A stretch of 64,000 nt of DNA. Source: an uncultured bacterium (GTDB lineage: Bacteria > Krumholzibacteriota > Krumholzibacteriia > LZORAL124-64-63). Position 1 is the stretch's first letter. The number at the start of each line of letters is the position of its first letter. Below, in pieces: positions 30,068 through 39,898 of this stretch. Under the pieces are notes generated by a model that saw only the letters and a program-made list of their open reading frames with translations, searched no databases and was not told where the DNA came from. The translations under genes and the position numbers were made by a program. The DNA is taken from assembly GCA_963727525.1 (NCBI GenBank), contig CAVSGO010000003.1, positions 160,001 through 224,000 on the forward strand, given 5' to 3'.

Positions 30068-32980
30068 CTACTTCAGCAGCACCATCGCGCGCGTCTCCAC
30101 GTGTCCGGCGGCTTCGAGCCGGTACAGGTAGACGCCCGAGGCTACCACCGATCCGTGTTCGTCCTGGCCACGCCAGACCGCGAGGTGCGCGCCGGCGGCG
30201 ACCGGACCATCGATCAGGCTCGCGACGCGACGGCCGTGCAGGTCGTACACCGCGAGGCGGACATGGCCGGCAGCGCCCACGGCGAAGCGGATCGTGGTGG
30301 ACGGATTGAACGGGTTCGGAGCGTTCTGGGCGAGCACGAGCGGGGCGTCGAGGAGAGGCACGTCCACTGATTGGTCCAGGGTCGCGGTGATCGGGGCGTT
30401 GTCGACATCGCGTGCGATGAGCAGCGTATCGGTGAATGCCACGGCCTCCGAGAGGGTGACGCGCATCAGCTCGCCGGCGCCCGCGATGCCCGCACCGCCG
30501 CCGAGCATCACGAGCGATACGTCGAGGCGGTCGGGCTGCGTGTTGCGCAGGACGTATGGCGACGTCTGGCTGCCCAGCAGCGCGCCCGAGATCACGCTGG
30601 CCGTCACGCCGTTGGGCAGCGTGAAGCCGAAGCGTAGGCCCTTGAGATGGGGCGCGGCCGCCTGCAGTTCCAGGGCCCAGACCGTCGTGTCGACGTGACG
30701 CCAGGCGAGCAGCACGTCGCCGCCCTGAGGCGGCGGTGGCACGGGATCGCCGTAGTTGAGGCCCGCGATCATCACGTCCTCGAAGTCCACCGCGCCATCG
30801 GTGAGGGGGATGCCGTGCCCCGAGGCATCATCCGTCGGACCGAAATCGGCAATGGCGTTGAATACGGTGTCGTCGCGGGTGGTGCCGAACGCCGAGACGA
30901 GCGCGGCGATGTCCAGGGTGTCGACGATGCCGTCCAGCGGGTCGGCGATGTCGCCGAGCTGGTAGTTCGTCGCGCGGGGAGCCTCGGTGGTGCGGGCGCT
31001 CCAGTTGCCCAGCGCATCCCGTGCGAAGGCCTCGTAGGAGTAGACGCCGCGTACGGCGAGCGAGTCGACGTAGGTGCCGTCGGCCGCCGGGAGCGTGGTG
31101 ACGAGGGTCCACGTGGTGTCGGCCACGATCGCGGCATGGTCGGCCGGCCGTACCGGCGGATTGCTGCCGGGCGCGTCGTCGTACAGCGGATAAGCGGAAT
31201 TGCCGTTGCCGTCGCGCCACAGTCCGCGCCAGAGTTCGATCGCCTCGGCATCGTCGGGCACGCCATCATAAGCCACCGTGATGGCGTCGACGCCCGGCGC
31301 CGCCGTCAAGGCGGCGATGGCGTCGGGTGGCAGCACACCCATGACGTCGATGGTGACCAGAGCGGTGTTGCTCACGGCGCCGCCATCGTCGGACACGGTG
31401 TAGGAGAGCGAGTCGTCGCCTGCGAAGCCAGTGGCCGGGGTGTAGGTGATCGCGCCGGAGAGCGTGTCGACGGCAGCGGTGCCGTGCAGCGGCTCGATGA
31501 CTATGGTCACCGAGGCGGGTACGAGCACGCCAACGGCGTCGCTGTCATTGGCGAGCACGTCGATGACCACGGGGACACCGCCGGGCGTGCTGGCCGTATC
31601 TGGCAACGCGATCGGGGCCACGGCGTCGACGCTGTAGAGATAGAACTTCCCGGCATCGAGGTGCAGGGCGGTGTCGTACAGATTGGCCCCCGTGAGGAAA
31701 TCGTCGCGGCCGTCGCCGTTCTGGTCGTCGACGATGGCGGTGTTCGAGCCGAAGCGGTCGGAATCGTGCTCGCCGGTCAGGATGACGTCGGCAAGAGTGT
31801 CGGCCATGGCGGTGCCGGGCGGGTCGCCGCCGAAGAAGACGAAGGTGCGGCCGGGGCCGAAGCCGCCGGTGTCGGGCGTGGGCGCGCCGATCACCAGGTC
31901 ATCGCGGCCGTCGCCGTTGAGGTCGCCGGCGCCGGAAACCGCGCGGCCGAAGATGCCGCGGTACGTGGTGCCTGTGTAGACGAGATCGGGCAGGCCATCG
32001 GCACCCGGTCCACCGAAGTAGACGTCGGCGCGGCCGGCATCGAACCCGCCGGAGTCGTTGTGCATGTCGCCGATGATCACGTCGGCGAATCCATCGCCAT
32101 TCACGTCGCCGGCCGGCGCGACACAGTATCCGAAACGGTCGCTGCCGGAGTCGCCGGTGAAGATCAGGTCCGCGACACCGTCGAAGTCCGGCCCACCAGA
32201 AAAGAGGTAGGCCTGCGTCAGCGTGTTGCCGCCGACGAGCACGTCGGGCCAGCCGTCGCCATCGAAGTCGCCGGCCGCGCTGACGGACCATCCGAGAAAG
32301 CCGTTCTCCGGTACGGAAAGGGTGACGTCTACGGAATCGTCGAGCGCCGTGCCACCGAACACCACGTACGCGCGCCCATCGGCCGAGGTGCCCGCCGGCG
32401 CCCCGATGACGAGATCGTCGCCACCACCGTTGATATCACCCGGCCCGGCCACCGACCAGCCGAAGTACGCGAACGGAGCGGGGCCGGTGATCACCAGATC
32501 CGGCACGTCATCGATCGTCGGGCCGCCGAAATACACGTACACGCGGCCGGCATTGAGTCCGCCCGCATCAAACTTCGGCGCACCGACGACGATGTCATTC
32601 CAGCCGTCGCCGTCCACGTCGCCACACCCGCGAACCGAGGTTCCGAAGGCGTCGCCGGCAAACTCGCCGCTCAGCACGAGGTCGGGCGTATCGTCGTGGC
32701 CGGGGCCTCCGAAGTAGACCCAGGCCTGGCCCGCGCTCACGCCGCTGTGCCGTGCGCCAGGCGCACCCACGACGAAGTCGCCGACGCCGTCGCCATTGAC
32801 GTCACCCGCGGCGCTGAGAAAGAGTCCCAGCCCGGCGCTGTCGTTCTGTCCCGTGGCCGACAGGATCTCGGTGACCGGCACCGCGCTCGCCGTCATCGCC
32901 AGGACGCCGATGGCGACACCCAGGAACGACGCCGAAGCGATGCGACCACACGTATGCAGTCGCGTGATATGGCTCACCAT
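30068..32980 (-). CDS. FG-GAP repeat protein with Ig-like, dockerin-like and FlgD-Ig/T9SS-like domains
   Basis: About 7 repeats of FG.SV...GD.NGDG..D..VGAP; IDVLAND Ig-like; C-terminus QNAPNPFNP...RAMVLLK. Confidence 0.88.
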   Translation of the reverse strand: MVSHITRLHTCGRIASASFLGVAIGVLAMTASAVPVTEILSATGQNDSAGLGLFLSAAGDVNGDGVGDFVVGAPGARHSGVSAGQAWVYFGGPGHDDTPDLVLSGEFAGDAFGTSVRGCGDVDGDGWNDIVVGAPKFDAGGLNAGRVYVYFGGPTIDDVPDLVITGPAPFAYFGWSVAGPGDINGGGDDLVIGAPAGTSADGRAYVVFGGTALDDSVDVTLSVPENGFLGWSVSAAGDFDGDGWPDVLVGGNTLTQAYLFSGGPDFDGVADLIFTGDSGSDRFGYCVAPAGDVNGDGFADVIIGDMHNDSGGFDAGRADVYFGGPGADGLPDLVYTGTTYRGIFGRAVSGAGDLNGDGRDDLVIGAPTPDTGGFGPGRTFVFFGGDPPGTAMADTLADVILTGEHDSDRFGSNTAIVDDQNGDGRDDFLTGANLYDTALHLDAGKFYLYSVDAVAPIALPDTASTPGGVPVVIDVLANDSDAVGVLVPASVTIVIEPLHGTAAVDTLSGAITYTPATGFAGDDSLSYTVSDDGGAVSNTALVTIDVMGVLPPDAIAALTAAPGVDAITVAYDGVPDDAEAIELWRGLWRDGNGNSAYPLYDDAPGSNPPVRPADHAAIVADTTWTLVTTLPAADGTYVDSLAVRGVYSYEAFARDALGNWSARTTEAPRATNYQLGDIADPLDGIVDTLDIAALVSAFGTTRDDTVFNAIADFGPTDDASGHGIPLTDGAVDFEDVMIAGLNYGDPVPPPPQGGDVLLAWRHVDTTVWALELQAAAPHLKGLRFGFTLPNGVTASVISGALLGSQTSPYVLRNTQPDRLDVSLVMLGGGAGIAGAGELMRVTLSEAVAFTDTLLIARDVDNAPITATLDQSVDVPLLDAPLVLAQNAPNPFNPSTTIRFAVGAAGHVRLAVYDLHGRRVASLIDGPVAAGAHLAVWRGQDEHGSVVASGVYLYRLEAAGHVETRAMVLLK

Positions 32981-33335
32981 GGTGACTCACTTCGTTGAAA
33001 TAGACTGGTCCGGGTCCCCGTCCCGGATGCATGACTATCAGACGCTCATGGTACCGGATCGGCAAGTCCATTCCGGACTCTGTTGTGCCGCTCCGGTCAT
33101 GGTCGCGGAAGGCCAGGCGCCGGTATGCCATGCAAGTAGTTCTCATTCCGTGAATTGTCGGTGTCGCCGGTGCGCTTTCGCGATCGTGGCCGGACCCGCG
33201 GCGCGGCGCACTCTCGCTCTTGCTCCAGCTTTCCCGGACTGCACGCGTTGACCACGATGATGCGCCAGCAAGCTGGACCCGCGCGCGCGGCGCCCGGTCA
33301 CTCGATCGATGGGCAGGGGCGCTCGGGCCGAATGA

Positions 33336-34448
33336 CTACGCGGAGGCGGTTGCCTTCTCCGGCGGCTGATTCATCAGGTGGATGAATTCGTCGAAGTAGC
33401 GGTACGAGTCGTGCGGGCCGGGCGCGCTCTCGGGATGGTACTGCACCGCGAAGGCTCGCAGGTGCGGGGCGGCGAGTCCCTCGCAGCACCCGTCGCTGAG
33501 GTTGATCAGCGTGGGCACCACGCCGACGGGCAGCGACCGCGACTCCACTGCGAAGCCGTGGTTGTGGGCAGAGATCTCCACCGTACCGCCGTCGACGCCG
33601 CGCACCGGCTGGTTGCCGCCACGGTGGCCGAACTTGAGCTTGTAGGTCCGCGCACCGAGCGCGAGGGCGAGGATCTGGTGCCCCAGGCAGATGCCGAATA
33701 TGGGGATCCGCCCGAGCAGCTCGCGCACGTGCGCGATGGCATAGCTCACTGCGGCCGGGTCGCCGGGGCCGTTGCTGAGGAACACGCCGTGTGGCCGGGC
33801 GGCGAGGACCGCGGCGGCCGGCGTCGATGCCGGCACCACGGTGACGCGGCAGCCGCGCGCGGCGAGAAGGCGCAGGATGTTGCGCTTGATGCCATAGTCG
33901 TATGCCACCACGTGGAGCGGCGCGGCGCCGTCGCCCCACTCGTACGGTTCCTGGCAGGTGACCTCGCGCACAAGGTCGAGGCCGCTCATGTCGCGCGTGG
34001 CGCGAGCCATCGCCACGAGCCGCTCGGGATCGGCGTCGACCGTCGCGATCGCTGCGCGCATCGCTCCGCGTTCGCGAATGTGTCGGACAAGGGCGCGCGT
34101 GGACACATCGGTGATGCCCGGCACGTCGTGCTCGCGCAACCAGCCGTCGAGATCGCCCGTCGCCCGCCAGTTGCTCACCACGGGACTCAGATCACGCACC
34201 ACGACGGCGCTCGCCCAGATGCTGGCGCTCTCGTCGTCGTCATCGTTCACGCCGGTGTTGCCCACGTGGGTGGCGGTGAGAGTGACGAGCTGGCCATGGT
34301 ACGAGGGGTCAGTGAGGATCTCCTGATAACCGGTGAGGCTCGTGTTGAAGACGATCTCGCCCGTCGCTTCGCAGGTCGCGCCGAAGCCACGCCCCGGCCA
34401 GATGGAACCGTCCTCGAGGGCGAGCAGCGCTGGTCGTGATTCTCGCAT
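33336..34448 (-). CDS. carA: Carbamoyl-phosphate synthase small subunit
   Basis: [41 protein letters not shown]. Confidence 0.97.
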   Translation of the reverse strand: MRESRPALLALEDGSIWPGRGFGATCEATGEIVFNTSLTGYQEILTDPSYHGQLVTLTATHVGNTGVNDDDDESASIWASAVVVRDLSPVVSNWRATGDLDGWLREHDVPGITDVSTRALVRHIRERGAMRAAIATVDADPERLVAMARATRDMSGLDLVREVTCQEPYEWGDGAAPLHVVAYDYGIKRNILRLLAARGCRVTVVPASTPAAAVLAARPHGVFLSNGPGDPAAVSYAIAHVRELLGRIPIFGICLGHQILALALGARTYKLKFGHRGGNQPVRGVDGGTVEISAHNHGFAVESRSLPVGVVPTLINLSDGCCEGLAAPHLRAFAVQYHPESAPGPHDSYRYFDEFIHLMNQPPEKATASA

Positions 34449-34454
34449 GCACTC

Positions 34455-34518
34455 AACCTGAATTCGGGCCCGCAGGAGTGGCCGCGGATCGGCCGCCCGA
34501 AGGCAGATATATAGCGCA
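34455..34518 (-). promoter_or_regulatory. Structured leader/promoter element upstream of carA (copy A)
   Basis: 59/64 identical to 28682-28745; ends 7 nt before the carA ATG. Confidence 0.7.
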
Positions 34519-34878
34519 ACGGTCGGAGCTTGAAAAGAGGCGAATAGGAATCGGGACTATTTGACTCTTTTTCGCCCGACCGCTGCTGGTAGGCTGGGTC
34601 CGGCGCCATCGGAACCTACACTCATGTCGGCGGAGAGTTCACGAACACGGGCCAGCTGGCCGTCGAATTCGGCTCGGGGCTCACGATCACCGGCGGCGCG
34701 ATCGCCGGGAACTTCACGCAGGTCGGTTTCCCGCCGGGGAGTGGTCCTGGGGTATTACGGGTACGCCCCCTTCCGTCACAGAGCCCAAGGTGGAGCGACC
34801 CCTGCGATATCATCGGCGCGGCCGGGACCACCGGCTGCCCGTCGGCGCCACGCTGCTTCGACCATCGTGAGGGTTCCC

Positions 34879-35847
34879 ATGGCGACGCTGAGTGCGATAC
34901 TCGATCACTACGACCGTAGCGCGTTTCGACCTGATGCCCCGCAGGCATTCGCCAACCAGCACAGGAAACTCGACGTGCTGGGCTCGGGGGCTTCCGGGTC
35001 GATCGCGGTGAGAGTGTTCAAGTACCACATGAACACCGACGACCCCCGCGGTGGCGTCGACCCGGCGGGAAGAATCAGTAATACAGGCTCCATGGATGAG
35101 TTCAGGGACGCCCGCGGTCCCATCGAGTCCTGGGTCCGGACCGCGAGTGCTGACGAGGGTGCGGCCGGTACGCGGGCCCGAACGAGACTCGCGGCCTTGC
35201 AGATGATCTCGGCGTCCGGCGCAGCCCCCGTGCGGTTGCGGCGGGTCTTCCTGGGGAAGGGATCACCACGGGATATCGCTCTGGCACTTTCGCTGCTTGC
35301 GCACAGCGGCCTCGTGGCGCGGCACCATCCCGGCAGCGCGGAAAAGGTGGCCCTGCAGCAGTATGCCGACCGCTACATGGGTGTCGATTGCAGCGGTTTC
35401 GTGAACAACTACTTCACGGCCATCGGCCGCCGCGCTCACGACCTCGTGGATCGTCCCGGCATTTCGACCTACGCGAGACCGGGGCGTCGTCTGCGCACGA
35501 TTCCGGGATCGCCGCGCAACCATGTCTTCTGCTGGTTGAAAGGCGAGTCGCGCACGAGCGCGCGGCCGCACCATCTGGCGGAATTCTCCCACATCGTCCT
35601 GGTCGACGACTGGGTGTCGCCACCTGGTGCGAATGGCGATCCCGTGCATGCGGTGCTGCGAGTCTCCCAGTCGGGGTCGAGCCTGGGCGGTATCTGCACG
35701 GGCCTGTACGAGATCCTCCGGGCGCCCGCAGCCACGGACGCCCGCTGCACCTGGCGGATCCGTCGCCTCGCGCACGGAGGCGACTTCAATCTGAATCCGA
35801 CGCCTCCGACGGCCTGGAACGAGGTGTTCCTGGCGCCACCCGTCTAG
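34879..35847 (+). CDS. Hypothetical protein with NlpC/P60-like Cys-His motif
   Basis: YMGVDCSGFV followed later by SHIVLV; no evident signal peptide. Confidence 0.55.
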   Translation: MATLSAILDHYDRSAFRPDAPQAFANQHRKLDVLGSGASGSIAVRVFKYHMNTDDPRGGVDPAGRISNTGSMDEFRDARGPIESWVRTASADEGAAGTRARTRLAALQMISASGAAPVRLRRVFLGKGSPRDIALALSLLAHSGLVARHHPGSAEKVALQQYADRYMGVDCSGFVNNYFTAIGRRAHDLVDRPGISTYARPGRRLRTIPGSPRNHVFCWLKGESRTSARPHHLAEFSHIVLVDDWVSPPGANGDPVHAVLRVSQSGSSLGGICTGLYEILRAPAATDARCTWRIRRLAHGGDFNLNPTPPTAWNEVFLAPPV

Positions 35848-35852
35848 CCCGC

Positions 35853-37235
35853 TCAGCGCACGAGTTGCATGACGCGCGACTCCGCGTGATCACCCGCACG
35901 CAATCGGGAGATGTACGTACCCGAGGCGAGGGCGCGGCCGCGGTCGTCCTGGCCTTGCCACGTCACCGCGTGGTGGCCCGCGGCGGTCTCGCCGTGGGCG
36001 AGCACCGTCACCCGATGGCCGCCGAGGTCGAAGATGCTGAGATCGATCGCCATCGCCTCGGGAAGATCGAAAGCGATCGTGGTCATGGGATTGAACGGAT
36101 TCGGCGCATTCTGGGCGAGCCGCGGTGTCTCCGCCGGCGTGTCCTGCACCGGCGTGACCGTACAGCCCTGGCCCTGGGCTCCCATCTGCACCAGACAGTC
36201 GTTGTTCAGCGGCAGGCAGGGCGACTCCCCGGCCAGACCGACATCGCCGCCGGCCAGGTCGCAGAACAGGGGGTCCGCGTCGATGTTGCCTGCCACCCCC
36301 GTCTGGTCGCCGATGTAGCCCGTGTACCCGCCACCGTCGTTGCCATGGACGTCGCTGCAACGCACCGTGATGTCGGTGCCCGTGTCGTTCACGTCGATGC
36401 CGCCGCTGCCGTGATTGAAGGCGACGACGCACATCTCGACCGTGGATACCGAACCGGCGCCGAACATGATCCCCGCGCCGATGTCGGCGCGGTTGCCGGC
36501 GATCGTGCAGTGGACAATGGGATTGTCGATGCCACCGAGGCAGAACACGCCGCCTCCGAAGTACTGCCCCTCGTTGTTCAATATCTCGCAGAAGTTCACG
36601 GCGATCGAGGATTCGTAGAGGTACAGACCGGCGCCGTCGTCGGCACGGTTGTTCATGATCCGTGAGCTGAAGATCTCGCCACTGGTGGCGTAGGCATACA
36701 TGCCGCCCGCTCCGCCGGCGCCGCCCTCGTTGTCGGTGACGCCGGAGACGTAGAGCGTCAGGTCGGACGCATGTGCGTAGACGCCGCCGCCGCGGTAACC
36801 GGCGACGTTGCCGGTGATCGTGCACCCCAGCAAGGTCAGTACCGCGTTCTCGCAGAAGACGCCACCCCCGAGACCGGTAACGCCCGGGACGAAACCGCCG
36901 GTCATGGTGACGCCCTGGACGCTGGCGGACTGGGTCAGGTTCTCGGCGGTGAACACGCGCCCTTGCTGGTCGGCGTCGATGGTGACGCACGTGGCGACAC
37001 CGAGCTCGCTGCGCACCGCGACGCCGCCTTTCAGCATGAGGTCGTGCTCGTGGTACGTGCCGCAGGCCAGGACCACCTGGTCGCCGGCGCTTGCGGAATC
37101 GAGGGCGGCGGCGATGGTGGCCACCTCGGCCGGCACATGCCACGTGCGGGCCGTGGCGGCACCCGCGGCCGTGATGATCACGGCACAAGCGATTGTCGAA
37201 ATTATGAAAAGAGTTGGATGACCGGGGCGATGCAT
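35853..37235 (-). CDS. Right-handed beta-helix (pectin-lyase/Pmp-like) secreted protein with FlgD-Ig/T9SS-like domain
   Basis: TIAAALDSA..GD.V.L..GTY, GGG.Y/N.A repeats, DADPLFC, QNAPNPFNP...RVMQLVR; SD aaggag. Confidence 0.85.
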   Translation of the reverse strand: MHRPGHPTLFIISTIACAVIITAAGAATARTWHVPAEVATIAAALDSASAGDQVVLACGTYHEHDLMLKGGVAVRSELGVATCVTIDADQQGRVFTAENLTQSASVQGVTMTGGFVPGVTGLGGGVFCENAVLTLLGCTITGNVAGYRGGGVYAHASDLTLYVSGVTDNEGGAGGAGGMYAYATSGEIFSSRIMNNRADDGAGLYLYESSIAVNFCEILNNEGQYFGGGVFCLGGIDNPIVHCTIAGNRADIGAGIMFGAGSVSTVEMCVVAFNHGSGGIDVNDTGTDITVRCSDVHGNDGGGYTGYIGDQTGVAGNIDADPLFCDLAGGDVGLAGESPCLPLNNDCLVQMGAQGQGCTVTPVQDTPAETPRLAQNAPNPFNPMTTIAFDLPEAMAIDLSIFDLGGHRVTVLAHGETAAGHHAVTWQGQDDRGRALASGTYISRLRAGDHAESRVMQLVR

Positions 37236-37401
37236 GGCGGTCTCCTTCCTGGATTGCGGGAGGGGCGACCCCGATCCTATCACATCCCGGGGCGAAGCGT
37301 GGCCAATTGGTGTTCGCGCGCGCATTGCGGCCTTGTTTTCATTGCGAGGGATCGCGCGTCAAGCTGCTATATTGCTGCCTCACGAAAGGCGGCGGCAGTC
37401 G

Positions 37402-38868
37402 ATGCGCGGTCAACGCGGGGTTCTCCACAATCTCGGCATCCTCTCGGCGGGCCAGGTGCTCAGCCAGCTCCTCAACGTATGGGCGCTGGTGTATCTGGCC
37501 GGTCACCTTGGAGCCCACTGGTTCGGTGTCGTGCAGATCGGCGTGACGTTCATGGCCTACGCGCTGATCACGGCCGAGTGGGGCATGATGTCGCTGGGGA
37601 TCCGCGAGGTGTCGCGGCTCGACGATCTGGGTTCCGTGCGCACCTATACCCGCGAGCACCTCGGCCTGATGTCTGCTCAGGCGCTTCTCGTGCTCGTGGT
37701 AGGGCTCGTTGCCCTGCGGTGGCTGCCGTTCTACCGCGAGGATCCATTGATCTTCATGCTCTACCTGTTCACGGTGCTGCCGCAGGTGTTCATGCTGAGC
37801 TGGGTGGCCGTCGGCATGGAGCGGATGGTCTGGGTGGGCGCGACCAAGACAGCGCGGGCGCTGATCTACGCCCTGCTGGTGCTGCTGACGCTCGAGCCGC
37901 TGCAGCGTGCGACGGGCGTGTCGGCGGCGCGCCTCGTGCCGGCGTTGTTCCTGGTCGGCATGCTGATCGGCAATGTCGTGATCGCGTGGCCGCTGGCGCG
38001 CTGGTTCGGCGGGCTGCTCTTGCCCGGCTGGCCGGCTTCCGGGGAGGCGCGGCGCCGGTGGCGCGAGACGGCGCCGCTGGGCGCGGGTATCGTCGTGCTG
38101 CGCGTGCTCCTCAATGTGGATATCGTGATGCTGGGGCTGCTGGCCCGGCCCGAGGTGGCCGGCAACTACGCCGCGGCGTCGCGGGTGATCTTCCTGCTGG
38201 TCACGGCGGTGGAAGTGCTGTGGGCAGCGTTGCTACCGCGTTTCAGCCGTCTGGCGCGATACGACCGGTCGGGTTTCCACCGTGCCTTCAATCTCTATCT
38301 TGGCTGCGTGCTCGGGGGCCTGCTGCCGATCGCGGTGGGTGGGGTGATGGTGGGTCCGGACCTCATGCACTTCCTGTATGGCAGCGAGTTCCCCGATGCC
38401 GGTGGCGTGTTCCGCGTGCTGGCCGTGAGCTATGCGCTGCTCTCGGTCGGCACGTTCCTCGGCAACACGCTCGTGAGCGAGGATCGCCAGTCGCAGTACC
38501 TGCCGCCCGTCGTAGCGAGCGCGGTGGTCGCCATCGTGGCCACATTCGTCCTGATTCCCCGTCATGGCGGATTTGGCGCGAGCCTGGGGATGGGGGCCAG
38601 CCACTTTTTGCTCGCATCGACGCTTGGCTTTAAGTTGCGGCGGCAATACCATCGTCTCCTCGGCGAGACCCTACTACGGCTCGTGCCCGCGCTACTGGTG
38701 ATGGCCCTCGTGGTGCATCTGGCCAGCGGGTGGCACGTCGTGGTGCGCATCGCCTGCGGCGGCATAGCGTATGGTGCGGCGGCCGCCTGGCCACTGGTGC
38801 GACTCGTGCGGGGAGCAGCGGCCCTTCGCGTTCCGCAGATCTCGACCGACGAGCCTCCTGGCAGGTGA
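37402..38868 (+). CDS. wzx: Polysaccharide flippase (Wzx/MOP family)
   Basis: About 12-14 TM segments; NVDIVMLGLL...EVAGNYAAASR; LIPRHGGFGAS. Confidence 0.85.
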   Translation: MRGQRGVLHNLGILSAGQVLSQLLNVWALVYLAGHLGAHWFGVVQIGVTFMAYALITAEWGMMSLGIREVSRLDDLGSVRTYTREHLGLMSAQALLVLVVGLVALRWLPFYREDPLIFMLYLFTVLPQVFMLSWVAVGMERMVWVGATKTARALIYALLVLLTLEPLQRATGVSAARLVPALFLVGMLIGNVVIAWPLARWFGGLLLPGWPASGEARRRWRETAPLGAGIVVLRVLLNVDIVMLGLLARPEVAGNYAAASRVIFLLVTAVEVLWAALLPRFSRLARYDRSGFHRAFNLYLGCVLGGLLPIAVGGVMVGPDLMHFLYGSEFPDAGGVFRVLAVSYALLSVGTFLGNTLVSEDRQSQYLPPVVASAVVAIVATFVLIPRHGGFGASLGMGASHFLLASTLGFKLRRQYHRLLGETLLRLVPALLVMALVVHLASGWHVVVRIACGGIAYGAAAAWPLVRLVRGAAALRVPQISTDEPPGR

Positions 38869-38875
38869 CGGCGCA

Positions 38876-39898
38876 ATGAACCTGGTCCTCCTCACCGACT
38901 ATCGCGGCGCTCTGAGACAGCGGCTCCAGGTCTTTCAGACCCTGGATGTGGATGCGCTCGTCGAGGAACTGGCCCGCCTTGGCATCGCGACGCGCAGCAT
39001 GCGGTTCGAGGACGTCGCGAACGGTGAGGACTTGGTCCAGGGCGAGACCATCCACTACACGAGCACGCAGGATCCGGGGTACCGCGGGTTCGTCGACGAC
39101 GTGCTCGACGACCTCCGCCGGCACAACACGCTCGTCCCGCGCTACGAGATATTCCGCAGCCACGAGAACAAGGGCTACCAGGAGCTGGAGAAGCGGCGGC
39201 TTGGCATCCGCGATCTCGGCTGGCACTATTTCGGAAACCTGCAGGGCTGGGAAGGGGACGCCGGCGAGATCACCTACCCGGTCGTCTTCAAGGCCACGCG
39301 AGGTTTCATGAGCAGCGGGGTGCGGCTGGTCGACGGCCCGGATGCTCTGCGCCATGTCATCCGCCGATTCAATCGGCCGCCCGGATTCACGTTGTACCGC
39401 GTCAAGAAACTCATCAAGCAGACGGTCATGCGCGGACGCTTTGTTCCTGAGATGTACACGGACTGTCCCTTCGGCGGGGGATTCGTGCTGCAGGAGTTCT
39501 CGCCCGGCGCCCTCGGCGACTGGAAGGTGCTCACTTATGGAGATCGCGTGTACGCGGTGCAGCGCGAGGTGAGGCCCGGCGACTTCCGCGCCAGCGGATC
39601 CGGACGGCTCGCCTTCGCCACGCCGCCGGACGTGGTGCTCGACTTCGCGCGCGACATCCACACGCGTCTCGACATGCCGATGAGCTCGCTCGACATCATC
39701 GAGGTCGCGGGCACCTGCCGGCTCGTGGAGTTCCAGGGGCTCCATTTCGGCACGTACACGCAGGAGAACGGTCCGCATCACTTCGTGCACGGTCCGGACG
39801 GCTGGCGGCGGATCGACGGCCGTCACGAGCTGGTCGCTGACTACGCGCACGCCCTGCACTGGTTTCTCGCGCGGCATCCCGACTCGGGCCGGTCATGA
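38876..39898 (+). CDS. ATP-grasp ligase (RimK-like)
   Basis: YPVVFK...G.MSSGV, FVLQEF, DWKV, DFRASGSG, LDI...LVEFQ. Confidence 0.8.
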   Translation: MNLVLLTDYRGALRQRLQVFQTLDVDALVEELARLGIATRSMRFEDVANGEDLVQGETIHYTSTQDPGYRGFVDDVLDDLRRHNTLVPRYEIFRSHENKGYQELEKRRLGIRDLGWHYFGNLQGWEGDAGEITYPVVFKATRGFMSSGVRLVDGPDALRHVIRRFNRPPGFTLYRVKKLIKQTVMRGRFVPEMYTDCPFGGGFVLQEFSPGALGDWKVLTYGDRVYAVQREVRPGDFRASGSGRLAFATPPDVVLDFARDIHTRLDMPMSSLDIIEVAGTCRLVEFQGLHFGTYTQENGPHHFVHGPDGWRRIDGRHELVADYAHALHWFLARHPDSGRS

